A DNA stretch of 44,711 nucleotides, taken from IMG/VR virus record IMGVR_UViG_3300029400_000004. One strand, given 5' to 3'. This DNA is from a virus. Below, one piece after another: positions 31,876 to 42,039 of this stretch. The translations under genes were made by a program, and so were the position numbers. Under the pieces are notes generated by a model. It saw only the letters and a list, made by a program, of their open reading frames with translations, did not search any database and was not told where the DNA came from. Within the stretch, counting starts at the first letter, position 1. Each line of letters starts with the position of its first letter.

Positions 31876-32447
31876 TGGAAGCTTGGGAGCTTCCAACATC
31901 CATAGTAGTAGGTGGCATAGATTATGAAATACGCACAGATTTTCGTGCAGTTCTGGACATTCTAAAAACATTTAATGACCCAGACTTTGAGAACGATGAA
32001 AAGTGGATTGTTTGCCTTACCATTTTATACGTTGATTTTGGAAATATGCCACCACAAGACTATGAAGAAGCTATTGAAAAAGCCATCGAATTTATTGACA
32101 TGGGTATCAAGGACGATGGGAAGAAACAACCTCATGTGATGGATTGGGAACATGATGCACCAGTTATCATCCCATCTGTTAACCGTGTACTTGGAAAAGA
32201 AATACGAGCTATGCAGTATTTACATTGGTGGACTTTTTTAGGAGCTTACATGGAAATTGGAGAGTCTTTGTTTTCGCAGATTCTTAGTGTTCGCATGAAG
32301 AAAGCCAAAGGAAAGAAACTGGAAGATTGGGAAAGAGAGTTCTACAAAGAAAATAAAACGCTTATTGACCTAGATGTTAAATATTCCGAAGAGGAATTAG
32401 AAGAACAGAAACGTTTGAACGATTTACTGAATGGGAAAGGGGCGTGA
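31875..32447 (+). CDS. Bacteriophage Gp15-family tail assembly protein
   Basis: LPTSIVVGGIDYEIRTDFRAVLDILKTFNDPDFENDEKWIVCLTILY matches the Phage_Gp15 family pattern. Confidence 0.75.
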   Translation: MEAWELPTSIVVGGIDYEIRTDFRAVLDILKTFNDPDFENDEKWIVCLTILYVDFGNMPPQDYEEAIEKAIEFIDMGIKDDGKKQPHVMDWEHDAPVIIPSVNRVLGKEIRAMQYLHWWTFLGAYMEIGESLFSQILSVRMKKAKGKKLEDWEREFYKENKTLIDLDVKYSEEELEEQKRLNDLLNGKGA

Positions 32448-32451
32448 TTGA

Positions 32452-35400
32452 ATGGCTACACAAAAAGCGGATGGAAGTATTTATATCAAAACAGAGATTG
32501 ATACAACCGAAGCAAAAGCAAGTGTGAAAGAAATCGCATCCCTTTTAAAACGTTTATCCAATCAAGTAAAAACCATTGGAAAATCAATGGAAAAAGCCAT
32601 GAGTGGCGGTATAAAAGCACCAGATACAAAAGGTATGGATGTTGTCGAAGAAAAAGCAAAGACCGTGGCTGGGGAACTGGAAAAGACCGCACAGGCAGAA
32701 AAGAAACTTGATAACATAGACATTAAGACGACTGCACTTGATACGTTAGATAAAGCAATAGAAACCACAGGACAGAAACTTGCAGAGTTGGAAAAAGCAC
32801 AGATGGATGTATTCAACAGAAATCAGAGTGCAACATCTTCTCCTGCGTTTCAAGCTATGGAAAGTGCAGCGGCTAAACTAGATCAGCAATACGAAGAACT
32901 TCTTGCAAAGAAAAAGCAGTTAGAAGCACCGACAGCGAGTACAGACAGTGGTCTACCTAAAAGTGCAAAGCTTACTGGTGGAACAGGTCTTGCAAGCGAA
33001 GAGAGTGCAAAAGCATTACAAAAATTAAATGCAGAAATCACAGGTACAGAAACGAGTGTTGAATCCTTAAACACCGATTTAGGACAAACAACACAATTGC
33101 AGGATGAAATCAGCAATTCAAATATCAAGACAACAGCATATCAGATTCTTGAAGATTCCTTGCAACGTCTTGATACACAGTTTGAGCAGGTAGCAACGGC
33201 ACAGCAAGAAATTTTTGCAAGAAATCAGAGTGCAACTTCTTCCCCTGCGTTTTTAGCATTGGAGAGTGCTGCGGAAAAACTCGGCAGACAATATGACGAA
33301 TTACTAGCGAAGAAAAAACAGCTAGACAGCGGAACAACAACTGCACAACCAACAGAGAAAGTACGTACTGCACCGATTACAGGGAACTACGCAAAAACAG
33401 CATCAGAAGAAAGTGAGAAAGCCTTAAATGCATTAAATAAGGAAATATCTAAGACTGATGCAAAAGAAAGAAGCCTTGTTAACACAAATAGTAGGCTTGG
33501 TTCATCATTTAAGAATGTCAGTCAGTCTGCGGACAGTGCTAAGACAAAAACAGGCGGTATTTCATCTATCTTTAGTAGAATGGGTGGAGTTGTATCTGGT
33601 CTTGGAAAACGTCTGACAGGACTAGCACAGAATTTTACAAGCACTACAAACAGTGCTAATAATGCAAGCTTTTCTATTGGTCGAATGGTCGGTATGAGTA
33701 TATTATATTCTACCGTTTTTGGAATGATTTCTAAAGTTAACAGTGGAATCATGACAGGCATCAATAACCTTGCACAGTATTCGTCAGCTACTAATGCTTC
33801 GATATCTTCTATGATGTCAGCATTAACTCAGTTACAAAACAGTTTAGCAACAGCATTTGCACCAATACTGTCTGTAGTAGCACCTATATTAACGGCATTT
33901 ATAAATATGCTGTCAAGAGCGATTACTTATGTAGGTATGTTCATAGCAGCACTGACAGGACAGAAATCTTTTACAAAAGCAAAAGCTGTACAAGAAGATT
34001 ATGCTGCATCGTTGCAAAAGACTTCTAAGAGTTCTAATAGTGCAGCGAAGTCTACAAAGAAAAACGCAAATGCAACAAAAAAAGCAAATAAAGAGATGCA
34101 GACATATCTTTCTGGTCTGGACGAAATCAGACAGTATCAGAAAGAAAAAGACAATACACCTAGTTCAAACTCAACGCCATCAACAGGTGGCGGAGGTGGT
34201 GGCGGATACACGGGACCATCCATTGGAGATATGTTTGAGAAAGTTCCTATTGAATCTTCTATTGCGGACATTGCTAAGAAGATTAAGAACCTCATAAAAA
34301 AAGAGGACTGGGAGGGACTTGGAGCTTACATTGCATCTGGCATCAATAAAGGATTGCAAAAAATCTATGATGCTATCAATTGGAATAATGTAGGTCCGAA
34401 GATTACATATTTTGTGAACGCATTTACACGGACATTCAATAGTCTTGTTGATCACATAGACTGGGATTTAATGGGACGTACTGTAGGTGCAGGTATTAAT
34501 ACAATTGTCAACACACTGAATCTGTTGATAGAGGGAATCAATTGGAAAAATCTTGGTTCAAAAATTGCAACAGGTATCAACGGCTTATTCAATGAAGTGA
34601 ATTGGAATAATGTTGGGCGGTTGTTTGCGAATAAAATAAATGTTCCGTTTCAAATGTTAGAGGGAGCTGTAAATACTCTTAACTGGGCAAAAATAGGAAC
34701 GTCAATAGGTGGATTTTTGAATGGTGCGATCAACCAGATAGATGTTAAGTCTATTGGTACAAGCTTATCTGGATTAGCATTAGGAATATTAACAACATTA
34801 GATAATGCACTTACTACAACAAACTGGTCACAGCTTGGCACAAAATTAGCAACATTATTAACATCTATTGATTGGGTTGGAATATTTGTTAGTGCAATAT
34901 CTGTTGCAGGAAAAGCAATCACGGCATTAACACAGCTTGGTGTGTCTTTTATGGATAACTTGGCAAAAGGTATTACAAATGGGACACAGCAGTTTATTAG
35001 TAAGGGATTATCAGCATTGACGAGTTTTACTGCAAACTTAAGAAGAAATGCAGGAAAATTAGTAGATTCTGGTCTAAATCTTATGTTGAATCTTGCAAAA
35101 GGTATTGCTAATTCACTTCCAGACATAATCAAAAATGTTCCACAGATTGTTAGCAATATTGCAAATACAATCAATGACAATGCACCTAAAATATTGATGG
35201 CAGGCATACAACTTATTGGGATATTGATTAAAGGATTGATTCAAGCAATCCCTACTCTTATTGCGAGTATTCCACAAATTATAGTAGCTATGGTTAATGT
35301 ATTTACAGCGTATAACTGGTTATCACTTGGTAAAAGTTTAATTACAGGTATTAAAAACGGTATTGTAGCTGCAAAAAGTACAGCAGTTGAAGCTATGACA

Positions 35401-36192
35401 AATACATATAATGGGTTGCTTAATGCGATAAAGAATTTGCCATCTAAACTTAAAGGACTTGGAGAGAATGGACTTAAGGAGATGGGGAACGGAATTACTG
35501 GAAAATTATCCGGATTAAAAACAACGGCAGGGAAAATATTGACCAATATCATAGAAGCGGTTAAAAATCTTCCTAAAGAATTATCAAAAAAAGCTACATC
35601 TGCGATAAGGGATATGAAAACTACATTTAAAAATGTCGATTGGGGCAGCGTTGGAATGAATGTAGTAAAAGGTATTGCAAAAGGTGTTGGAGATTTTGCA
35701 TGGATTTTGGTTGATAAAATGACAGGTCTTGCACAAAAGGCGTGGGAGGGTGTGAAAGATTTCTTTGGAATCCATTCTCCATCAAGACTTATGAGAGATA
35801 CGGTAGGTAAGATGATTCCTGCCGGTATTACAGTAGGTTTGGAAAAAGCTTTTCCAGATACACTCAAAACCCTTATGAATCAGTCTGAACAGTTGGCAAA
35901 TGTACCGTTCAGAACACCAGAGATTGCTACAGGTAAGATAATACCTGCGAAAGCATCCGCAGTGATCGCACAAAAGCAGAACAGCACAAACAGTAACAAT
36001 AATGACGTACTTAATTTACTTGAACAGCTATTATCTGTTACGAAGTCCTTAGAATCAGACAACAGCGGTAACAATGGTGGGGATTATCATTTCACAGCAC
36101 AGATTAACCGCAGGACGTTGTTTGATGAATTTATCGAAGAAGCAAAACTAAGACAAATGAGTAATGGTAGAAATCCATTCAGCCTTGCGTAG
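32452..36192 (+). CDS. Tape measure protein (1246 aa)
   Basis: Size and position. Coiled-coil N-terminal part with a tandem ~133-aa duplication, hydrophobic/Gly-rich central repeats and a poly-Gly tract. Confidence 0.9.
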   Translation: MATQKADGSIYIKTEIDTTEAKASVKEIASLLKRLSNQVKTIGKSMEKAMSGGIKAPDTKGMDVVEEKAKTVAGELEKTAQAEKKLDNIDIKTTALDTLDKAIETTGQKLAELEKAQMDVFNRNQSATSSPAFQAMESAAAKLDQQYEELLAKKKQLEAPTASTDSGLPKSAKLTGGTGLASEESAKALQKLNAEITGTETSVESLNTDLGQTTQLQDEISNSNIKTTAYQILEDSLQRLDTQFEQVATAQQEIFARNQSATSSPAFLALESAAEKLGRQYDELLAKKKQLDSGTTTAQPTEKVRTAPITGNYAKTASEESEKALNALNKEISKTDAKERSLVNTNSRLGSSFKNVSQSADSAKTKTGGISSIFSRMGGVVSGLGKRLTGLAQNFTSTTNSANNASFSIGRMVGMSILYSTVFGMISKVNSGIMTGINNLAQYSSATNASISSMMSALTQLQNSLATAFAPILSVVAPILTAFINMLSRAITYVGMFIAALTGQKSFTKAKAVQEDYAASLQKTSKSSNSAAKSTKKNANATKKANKEMQTYLSGLDEIRQYQKEKDNTPSSNSTPSTGGGGGGGYTGPSIGDMFEKVPIESSIADIAKKIKNLIKKEDWEGLGAYIASGINKGLQKIYDAINWNNVGPKITYFVNAFTRTFNSLVDHIDWDLMGRTVGAGINTIVNTLNLLIEGINWKNLGSKIATGINGLFNEVNWNNVGRLFANKINVPFQMLEGAVNTLNWAKIGTSIGGFLNGAINQIDVKSIGTSLSGLALGILTTLDNALTTTNWSQLGTKLATLLTSIDWVGIFVSAISVAGKAITALTQLGVSFMDNLAKGITNGTQQFISKGLSALTSFTANLRRNAGKLVDSGLNLMLNLAKGIANSLPDIIKNVPQIVSNIANTINDNAPKILMAGIQLIGILIKGLIQAIPTLIASIPQIIVAMVNVFTAYNWLSLGKSLITGIKNGIVAAKSTAVEAMTNTYNGLLNAIKNLPSKLKGLGENGLKEMGNGITGKLSGLKTTAGKILTNIIEAVKNLPKELSKKATSAIRDMKTTFKNVDWGSVGMNVVKGIAKGVGDFAWILVDKMTGLAQKAWEGVKDFFGIHSPSRLMRDTVGKMIPAGITVGLEKAFPDTLKTLMNQSEQLANVPFRTPEIATGKIIPAKASAVIAQKQNSTNSNNNDVLNLLEQLLSVTKSLESDNSGNNGGDYHFTAQINRRTLFDEFIEEAKLRQMSNGRNPFSLA

Positions 36193-36205
36193 AAAGGAGT
36201 AAAAA

Positions 36206-36586
36206 ATGGCACAGGATTATATAAAAATCAATAATAAAAAAGTCTGGCAACCAGATTCAGACACAGCCGTAGCTTTTGAAACTACCTATACGCAAGGTAG
36301 CACGAGGGCACAGTCTGGTAAAGGAAAGTTTACCCCGATGTTCACAGTAGAGCGATTTACATACAGTGCATCGGATGTGCCAATGTCTAAGGTTACGGAA
36401 ATATTAGAAATGGTGGCACGTGGTAAATCTTTTGATTTACATTATTTTTCTGTATTTTACGGAGAGTGGAGAACAGCAAAGTTTTATGTCGGACAGGTAT
36501 CGGACATTAAGATAAAAACACTTAAAAATAACCATGAAAAAGTATCAAGTATATCTTTCAATATGCAGGGGGTTAACCCGATATGA
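36206..36586 (+). CDS. Short distal-tail-protein-like protein
   Basis: 126 aa. Position between the tape measure and the tail tip protein. Shorter than classical Dit. Confidence 0.45.
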   Translation: MAQDYIKINNKKVWQPDSDTAVAFETTYTQGSTRAQSGKGKFTPMFTVERFTYSASDVPMSKVTEILEMVARGKSFDLHYFSVFYGEWRTAKFYVGQVSDIKIKTLKNNHEKVSSISFNMQGVNPI

Positions 36587-39500
36587 TAAATGTAAGTGAT
36601 GAATTTAAACAGCTAATGACAGAACGACAAAATTTTAAATGCAATGCAGAAGTAACGCTTGCGAATGGAACTGTACTGCCATTAGGAGAAGATGATTTTT
36701 CAATAGATAATAATAGTCTGGTCGATGCGGCAGGTGCTAACACCATTCCTTTAGGTGTTGCACTCAGCCGTAATGTACAGTTAGAAATCATGAATGACGA
36801 TGATCACTTATCCAATTATGACTTCTTCGGAGCAAAAATCAGACTGTATCTAACATTTGAATTATCAGAGACAACAGAAAAAATTGAATACGGTACATTT
36901 ACAGTTACACAGCCAGAGAGTTACGGAAACGTTGTAACTATTGTCGGATACGATGATATGTACAAAGCTGATAAGGCATACAGCACAACATTGACGTTCC
37001 CTGCGACAGCAAAGAGTGTGTTAGTTGATAGTTGTGATACCTGCGGTATCTTGATAGGCGACAGTAACTTTTTACACAACGACTTCCAGATACCAACCAT
37101 GCCATCTAGCGAGTACACGCACCGACAGATTATAGGTTTTATTTCTATGATTGCCTGTGGAAACGCAAGAATTGACCGTACAGGGCATTTACAGATAATG
37201 ACCTATGATTTTAACTACAATAGTGGTAACATCCATGATTTGACTGATTACAACACTCTGACGAATGATACAAATGATGTGCAGGTAACAGGCGTACAAA
37301 TGACACGTACTGTCAAAAAAACTGTAACTGACGAAGAGGGAAACGAGAATGAAGAAGATGTTGAAGAAACTGTAAAGGTAGGTGCAGACAGCTATATCCT
37401 ATCTTTAGAGAATCCACTTGTAAAAGGACATGAGGAAACACTTGTTTCTTGGGTTTATGACAAATTTAAATCAGTGACATTCCGTGGATTTACGATGGAT
37501 TATATATCTTATCCGATAGCTGAGTTTATGGATAAGATTAAAGTTACAGATTGGAGAGAAAATAGCTTCTATTCTGTATTAACAGATGTAAACTTTGTAT
37601 TCTTCGGATATACAACATTAAAGAATAGTGCAGAATCTCCATTGCGTAACCAGAGCAACTACACATCAAGTAATCAAAAAGCGATCATACAAGGGAAACA
37701 GTTAGTTGAGCAGGAAAGAAATAACCGTCAAAATGCTTTAGATAAGATGCAAGAAGCATTAAAAAATAGTAACGGAATGTATTCAACACAGGAAGTGCTA
37801 TTGGATGGTTCAACTATATATTATCTCCATGATAAACCGACAATGAAAGAATCAAAGAATGTTATCAAATTGACAGCAGAGGTTATTGGATTTTCTATTG
37901 ATGGAGGTAAGACATATCCTTATGGATTCACGATCACTGGGGAAATGGTAGCAAGATTGCTTTATACAGAGGGAATCAATGCAGATTATATCAACACTGG
38001 TGCATTAACAGTCAAAGATAAATCTGAAAATATTATCTTCTATGCAGATATGGAGACTGGTACTGTAAAGATTTCTGGAGATAACGTCACGATTGGTGGC
38101 AAAACAGCACCAGAAGCAATTAGTGATGCAGTAAAAGAATCTAAAAATTATGCAGATGGTAAAGTATCAGACTTTGCAGAAACAGTTACAAAAAGTGTGT
38201 CAGATTTGCAGAATCAAATAGACGGGCAGATTGAGACATTCTACTACGATTACGAGCCAAATCTTAAAAATATCCCTGCTTCTGACTGGACAACAGAAGA
38301 TGATAAAAAGAAGCATGAGGGAGACTTGTTTTACTGGAAATCAAAAGGATATGCCTACAGATTCTTCAAAGATGGCGACACATGGAAGTGGCAGTTAGTA
38401 CAAGATACAGACGTTACAAAAGCATTGCAGACAGCATCTTTTGCACAGTCTACGGCAAACAGTAAATGCCGTGTATTTCTGACACAGCCTACACCACCTT
38501 ATGACACAGGAGATATGTGGAATCAAGGTCAAAACGGAGACATTCTTACATGCGTTGTAGCAAGAGCGGACGGTGCAAGCTATGTGGAAACCGACTGGCA
38601 GAAGCTTAACAAGTACACGGACGATGAGACAGCCAATAAGGCACTGGAAGAAGCCAGAAAATCTCGTGCAATGATTATCAATCTGGACAACGATTATCAA
38701 GCAATCACGACAGATTATAAGGGAGAGTACACATCATTTCCAGAGTGTCACACGACAGCACAGGTTTTATACGGTCATACCGATATATCTAACGACTGTA
38801 CTTATAATGTGCAGAAGTCGGGCGGTGTCGTAGGTTCATGGAATAATTCAACTCATACCTACACTGTGACAGCATTAACAACAGATGTTGGATGGGTAGA
38901 TATTACAGCTAATTACCTTAATACTTATTCAGTTACGAAACGATTTGACATTGCGAAATTAAAAGGCGGTATCCCCGGAGAAACAGGTGCAAAAGGAGAT
39001 AAGGGAGAAACAGGAGCAAGCGGTAGAAGCATCACAGGCTCAGAAACGACTTATCAAGCATCTAGCAGTGGAACAACGGCACCAACAGGAACATGGAGTA
39101 AAACACCACCAAGCGTTGCAGAAAATCAGTATTTGTGGACGAGAACCATATATACTTACTCTGACAAAACCACAAGCACAACATATTCCATCGGTAAGAT
39201 GGGAGCTAAAGGGGAACAGGGTGCAAAGGGAGAAACTGGTGCTACTGGTCCACAGGGGGAAAAGGGAGCTACTGGTGCCACTGGACCTCAAGGTCCGCAG
39301 GGAGAAAAAGGTAACACAGGAGCAACAGGACCACAGGGACCACAAGGAGAAAAGGGTGTTGCAGGTAAAGACGGTACTGACGGTAAAAATGCAACGTATA
39401 TTACCGTATCTGGAACAAACTATGATGCTGTTAAAGGTATTAGCAATAATGCGTCATATCTTCTTATTAATGGAACAAAATATAATTTTAATGTAGGCAG

Positions 39501-41847
39501 AGGTCATACGTTAGCTGTTATAAATCCGTCAAATGGAAATGTAGAAAGTATTAAGACTTATGATACATGTACTACAGCAAGTGCATTAGACAGCCCATTG
39601 AGTGCAGTAGCATCTGGAAAAATAATATGTTTATTTACTGCGGATGCAAGCGGATTAACCCAAACCGCCAGAAACACATTAATAGAATGTGGTTCTGCAA
39701 TGACCGACACTTGGGGAAGTTCTCGTGTTACTCATCTTTTTATCGGTATGAAAGGATTAGAAAAGGGCAATGCATATGAAATTATTGCAAAAGGAAGTGA
39801 TGCTACAAAAAGTATTACCGCATATTATACTGCATCTGGAATAGTTCTTAATGGACAAGTTGGAGCGACTGGACCGCAGGGAGCTAAAGGAAATGACGGT
39901 GTATCTCCGACAGTATCAATTTCAAAAAGCGGTACAGTAACAACCATCACAATTACAGATAAAAATGGAACACATACACAGACTGTCAATGACGGAACGA
40001 ATGGAACGGCAGGTAAGGCAGGTGCGGACGGTAAAACACCATATTTCCATGTTAAGTATAGTAACGATGGCGGTAAGACGTTCACTTCTAATTCGGGAGA
40101 GGACGTTGGAACATATATCGGAACTTGCACCGACTATAACCAAGCAGACCCTACAACGGTTGGTTCTTACACTTGGGCAAGAATCAAGGGAGAGACTGGA
40201 GCGACTGGTGCTAAAGGCGAGACAGGGGCAACAGGTCCGCAGGGTCCTCAAGGCAATATTGGACCAACTGGAAACGGAATCAAATCAACTGCAATCACTT
40301 ATCAAGTGTCAAGTAGCGGTACAGCAGTTCCAACAGGTACATGGTCTGGTAGTGTTCCATCTACAAGTGCAGGACAATATTTGTGGACTAGAACGATTAC
40401 TACCTACACAAACAACACGACAACAACTTCTTATTCAGTCAGTCGTAACGGAAGCAACGGAGCAAAGGGAGATAAAGGCGATCAAGGAAGTGCAGGAAGA
40501 ACGTACTTCATGGAAACATCGTCAAGCATTGTGAAAATGTCTGCGGACAACACGATTGTGCCGAACTACATCACATTATCTGGTTACTACCGTGACGGTA
40601 CAGCAACAGCACGTACAGCTTATAAGTGTCGATTCAAGATTGAGGAAACAACGGACGGAGATACATACACGACCGTTTATACTTCATCAGCGGATGAAAC
40701 GGACATTACCCATGCACTGTATTCTGTATTGGCGAGTGGTTCAAGCGGTATCACAGCAAGTGGTTCAAGTGGTATCGGTATCTCAAGAAATCTTACAGCG
40801 TTAAGGTGTACGATGTATGCCGCAGGTGGATTTTCACAGGTGTTGGATATTGAGACAATTCCAGTAGCCATTGATGTTGATGCACTGACTCACGAAGATA
40901 TATTTAATCTGCTGACCAATGACGGAGCATGGCAAGGTATTTATCGTGGGTCTGACGGTAAGCTGTATATCAACTTTACGTACGCAAGAGGTGGAACATT
41001 AAACCTTGGTGGAAAAGCAAATACATATGGCAATGGACAAATGCATGTTTATGACGCAAACGATAATGAAATTGTTGACATAAACACGAAAGGGATAGTC
41101 GTAACGCATTATATATCAGGTATGGGAGAAAAGCCAATAGCATATGTGTGTATAACACCAGATGTGTTCGGTGGTATATATTTATCTGAAAACAAGGATG
41201 GAACTGGTGCATGTGCGATTTTGTCCCCAGATGAGATTGTATTAAAAAATAACAGCAGTGGACCAATTACAGTACAGACAGACATAACAATGCATATGAC
41301 GGATGAATCACTTTATCTTGGGTCGGTAAGTGAATATAAATTTCATTTTGGAAAAGAAAAATCAAGTTTTTATCAGCCAGTTACTATTGGCGGAAGTTTG
41401 TCTGTTGCAGGAACAAAAAACAGAATCATAGATACAGAAAATTACGATACAAGAAAGCAGTATTGTTACGAAACAGCAACCCCATATTTTGGGGATATAG
41501 GTTCTGGATGTACTGATAATACAGGAAAATGTTACATAGACATTGACGATATATTTTCAGAGACAGTAAACACAGGTGTTGAGTACCAAGTATTCTTGCA
41601 GAAAGAGGGGCAAGGCGATATATGGGTAGAAGAAAAGACCGATAGTTACTTTGTCGTTCGAGGCACTGAAAACCTTAAATTTTCGTGGGAAATCAAAGCA
41701 ATTCAGAAAGATTACGAATTTGAACGACTTGAAAAATTCGACAACTCAGAAAAAGAAGAAGTAATTGACTACGAGAAAGAATATATGGAAGAAATCAACG
41801 ATTTGATTAAAGAACAGGAGGAAATGTTAAATGAAACAGTTGAGTAG
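36583..41847 (+). CDS. Giant tail tip / fibre protein (1754 aa): Tal-like N-terminus, six collagen-like Gly-X-Y tracts, duplicated modules, lectin-like insert, conserved C-terminal domain
   Basis: The N-terminus resembles the prophage tail/minor structural protein N-terminal region. G-X-Y tracts lie at about aa 796-815, 873-935, 1091-1106, 1138-1151, 1202-1232 and 1289-1305. The module ..TYQ.SSSGT..PTGTWS...P....QYLWTRTI.. occurs twice. Confidence 0.85.
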   Translation: MINVSDEFKQLMTERQNFKCNAEVTLANGTVLPLGEDDFSIDNNSLVDAAGANTIPLGVALSRNVQLEIMNDDDHLSNYDFFGAKIRLYLTFELSETTEKIEYGTFTVTQPESYGNVVTIVGYDDMYKADKAYSTTLTFPATAKSVLVDSCDTCGILIGDSNFLHNDFQIPTMPSSEYTHRQIIGFISMIACGNARIDRTGHLQIMTYDFNYNSGNIHDLTDYNTLTNDTNDVQVTGVQMTRTVKKTVTDEEGNENEEDVEETVKVGADSYILSLENPLVKGHEETLVSWVYDKFKSVTFRGFTMDYISYPIAEFMDKIKVTDWRENSFYSVLTDVNFVFFGYTTLKNSAESPLRNQSNYTSSNQKAIIQGKQLVEQERNNRQNALDKMQEALKNSNGMYSTQEVLLDGSTIYYLHDKPTMKESKNVIKLTAEVIGFSIDGGKTYPYGFTITGEMVARLLYTEGINADYINTGALTVKDKSENIIFYADMETGTVKISGDNVTIGGKTAPEAISDAVKESKNYADGKVSDFAETVTKSVSDLQNQIDGQIETFYYDYEPNLKNIPASDWTTEDDKKKHEGDLFYWKSKGYAYRFFKDGDTWKWQLVQDTDVTKALQTASFAQSTANSKCRVFLTQPTPPYDTGDMWNQGQNGDILTCVVARADGASYVETDWQKLNKYTDDETANKALEEARKSRAMIINLDNDYQAITTDYKGEYTSFPECHTTAQVLYGHTDISNDCTYNVQKSGGVVGSWNNSTHTYTVTALTTDVGWVDITANYLNTYSVTKRFDIAKLKGGIPGETGAKGDKGETGASGRSITGSETTYQASSSGTTAPTGTWSKTPPSVAENQYLWTRTIYTYSDKTTSTTYSIGKMGAKGEQGAKGETGATGPQGEKGATGATGPQGPQGEKGNTGATGPQGPQGEKGVAGKDGTDGKNATYITVSGTNYDAVKGISNNASYLLINGTKYNFNVGRGHTLAVINPSNGNVESIKTYDTCTTASALDSPLSAVASGKIICLFTADASGLTQTARNTLIECGSAMTDTWGSSRVTHLFIGMKGLEKGNAYEIIAKGSDATKSITAYYTASGIVLNGQVGATGPQGAKGNDGVSPTVSISKSGTVTTITITDKNGTHTQTVNDGTNGTAGKAGADGKTPYFHVKYSNDGGKTFTSNSGEDVGTYIGTCTDYNQADPTTVGSYTWARIKGETGATGAKGETGATGPQGPQGNIGPTGNGIKSTAITYQVSSSGTAVPTGTWSGSVPSTSAGQYLWTRTITTYTNNTTTTSYSVSRNGSNGAKGDKGDQGSAGRTYFMETSSSIVKMSADNTIVPNYITLSGYYRDGTATARTAYKCRFKIEETTDGDTYTTVYTSSADETDITHALYSVLASGSSGITASGSSGIGISRNLTALRCTMYAAGGFSQVLDIETIPVAIDVDALTHEDIFNLLTNDGAWQGIYRGSDGKLYINFTYARGGTLNLGGKANTYGNGQMHVYDANDNEIVDINTKGIVVTHYISGMGEKPIAYVCITPDVFGGIYLSENKDGTGACAILSPDEIVLKNNSSGPITVQTDITMHMTDESLYLGSVSEYKFHFGKEKSSFYQPVTIGGSLSVAGTKNRIIDTENYDTRKQYCYETATPYFGDIGSGCTDNTGKCYIDIDDIFSETVNTGVEYQVFLQKEGQGDIWVEEKTDSYFVVRGTENLKFSWEIKAIQKDYEFERLEKFDNSEKEEVIDYEKEYMEEINDLIKEQEEMLNETVE

Positions 41848-42028
41848 CTTTATGGTATTAAATATTGACGGTGGAGACAGAGTATCATACACATACAATG
41901 AGATTGACGATAACACAGGAGAACCATTGTCACAGAATAAAAAAGAAAATTTCTGGGTAGTAGATAAAGAACTTAAAAAGCACATTGATGCTATCAGAAG
42001 CTACGTCAGAGAAAACAAGTTGAATTAA
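41831..42028 (+). CDS. Small hypothetical tail-region protein
   Basis: 65-aa ORF with GGAGGAAATG upstream. Overlaps the end of the fibre gene. Confidence 0.55.
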   Translation: MKQLSSFMVLNIDGGDRVSYTYNEIDDNTGEPLSQNKKENFWVVDKELKKHIDAIRSYVRENKLN

Positions 42029-42039
42029 GGAGTGATGTT

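Noticed and set aside
31822-31877. Programmed -1 frameshift (gpG/gpGT type) at C-AAA-AAG near the end of the chaperone gene
   Set aside because: The -1 frame (that of the Gp15 gene) hits stops at about 31845 and 31857 before reaching Gp15. The heptamer lacks the first A. Gp15 has its own ATG overlapping the stop (TAATG).
34650-35867. 185-aa and 208-aa minus-strand ORFs inside the tape measure gene
   Set aside because: They are antisense to a 1246-aa ORF with clear TMP character. Low-complexity translation and no RBS.
38987-40534. Alternative-frame ORFs (38987..39496, 39965..40534 and several minus-strand ORFs) within the fibre gene
   Set aside because: They are generated by the stop-poor Gly-X-Y (GGN NNN NNN) repeats. 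Their translations are R/Q/E-rich nonsense, and the main frame is continuous for 1754 aa.
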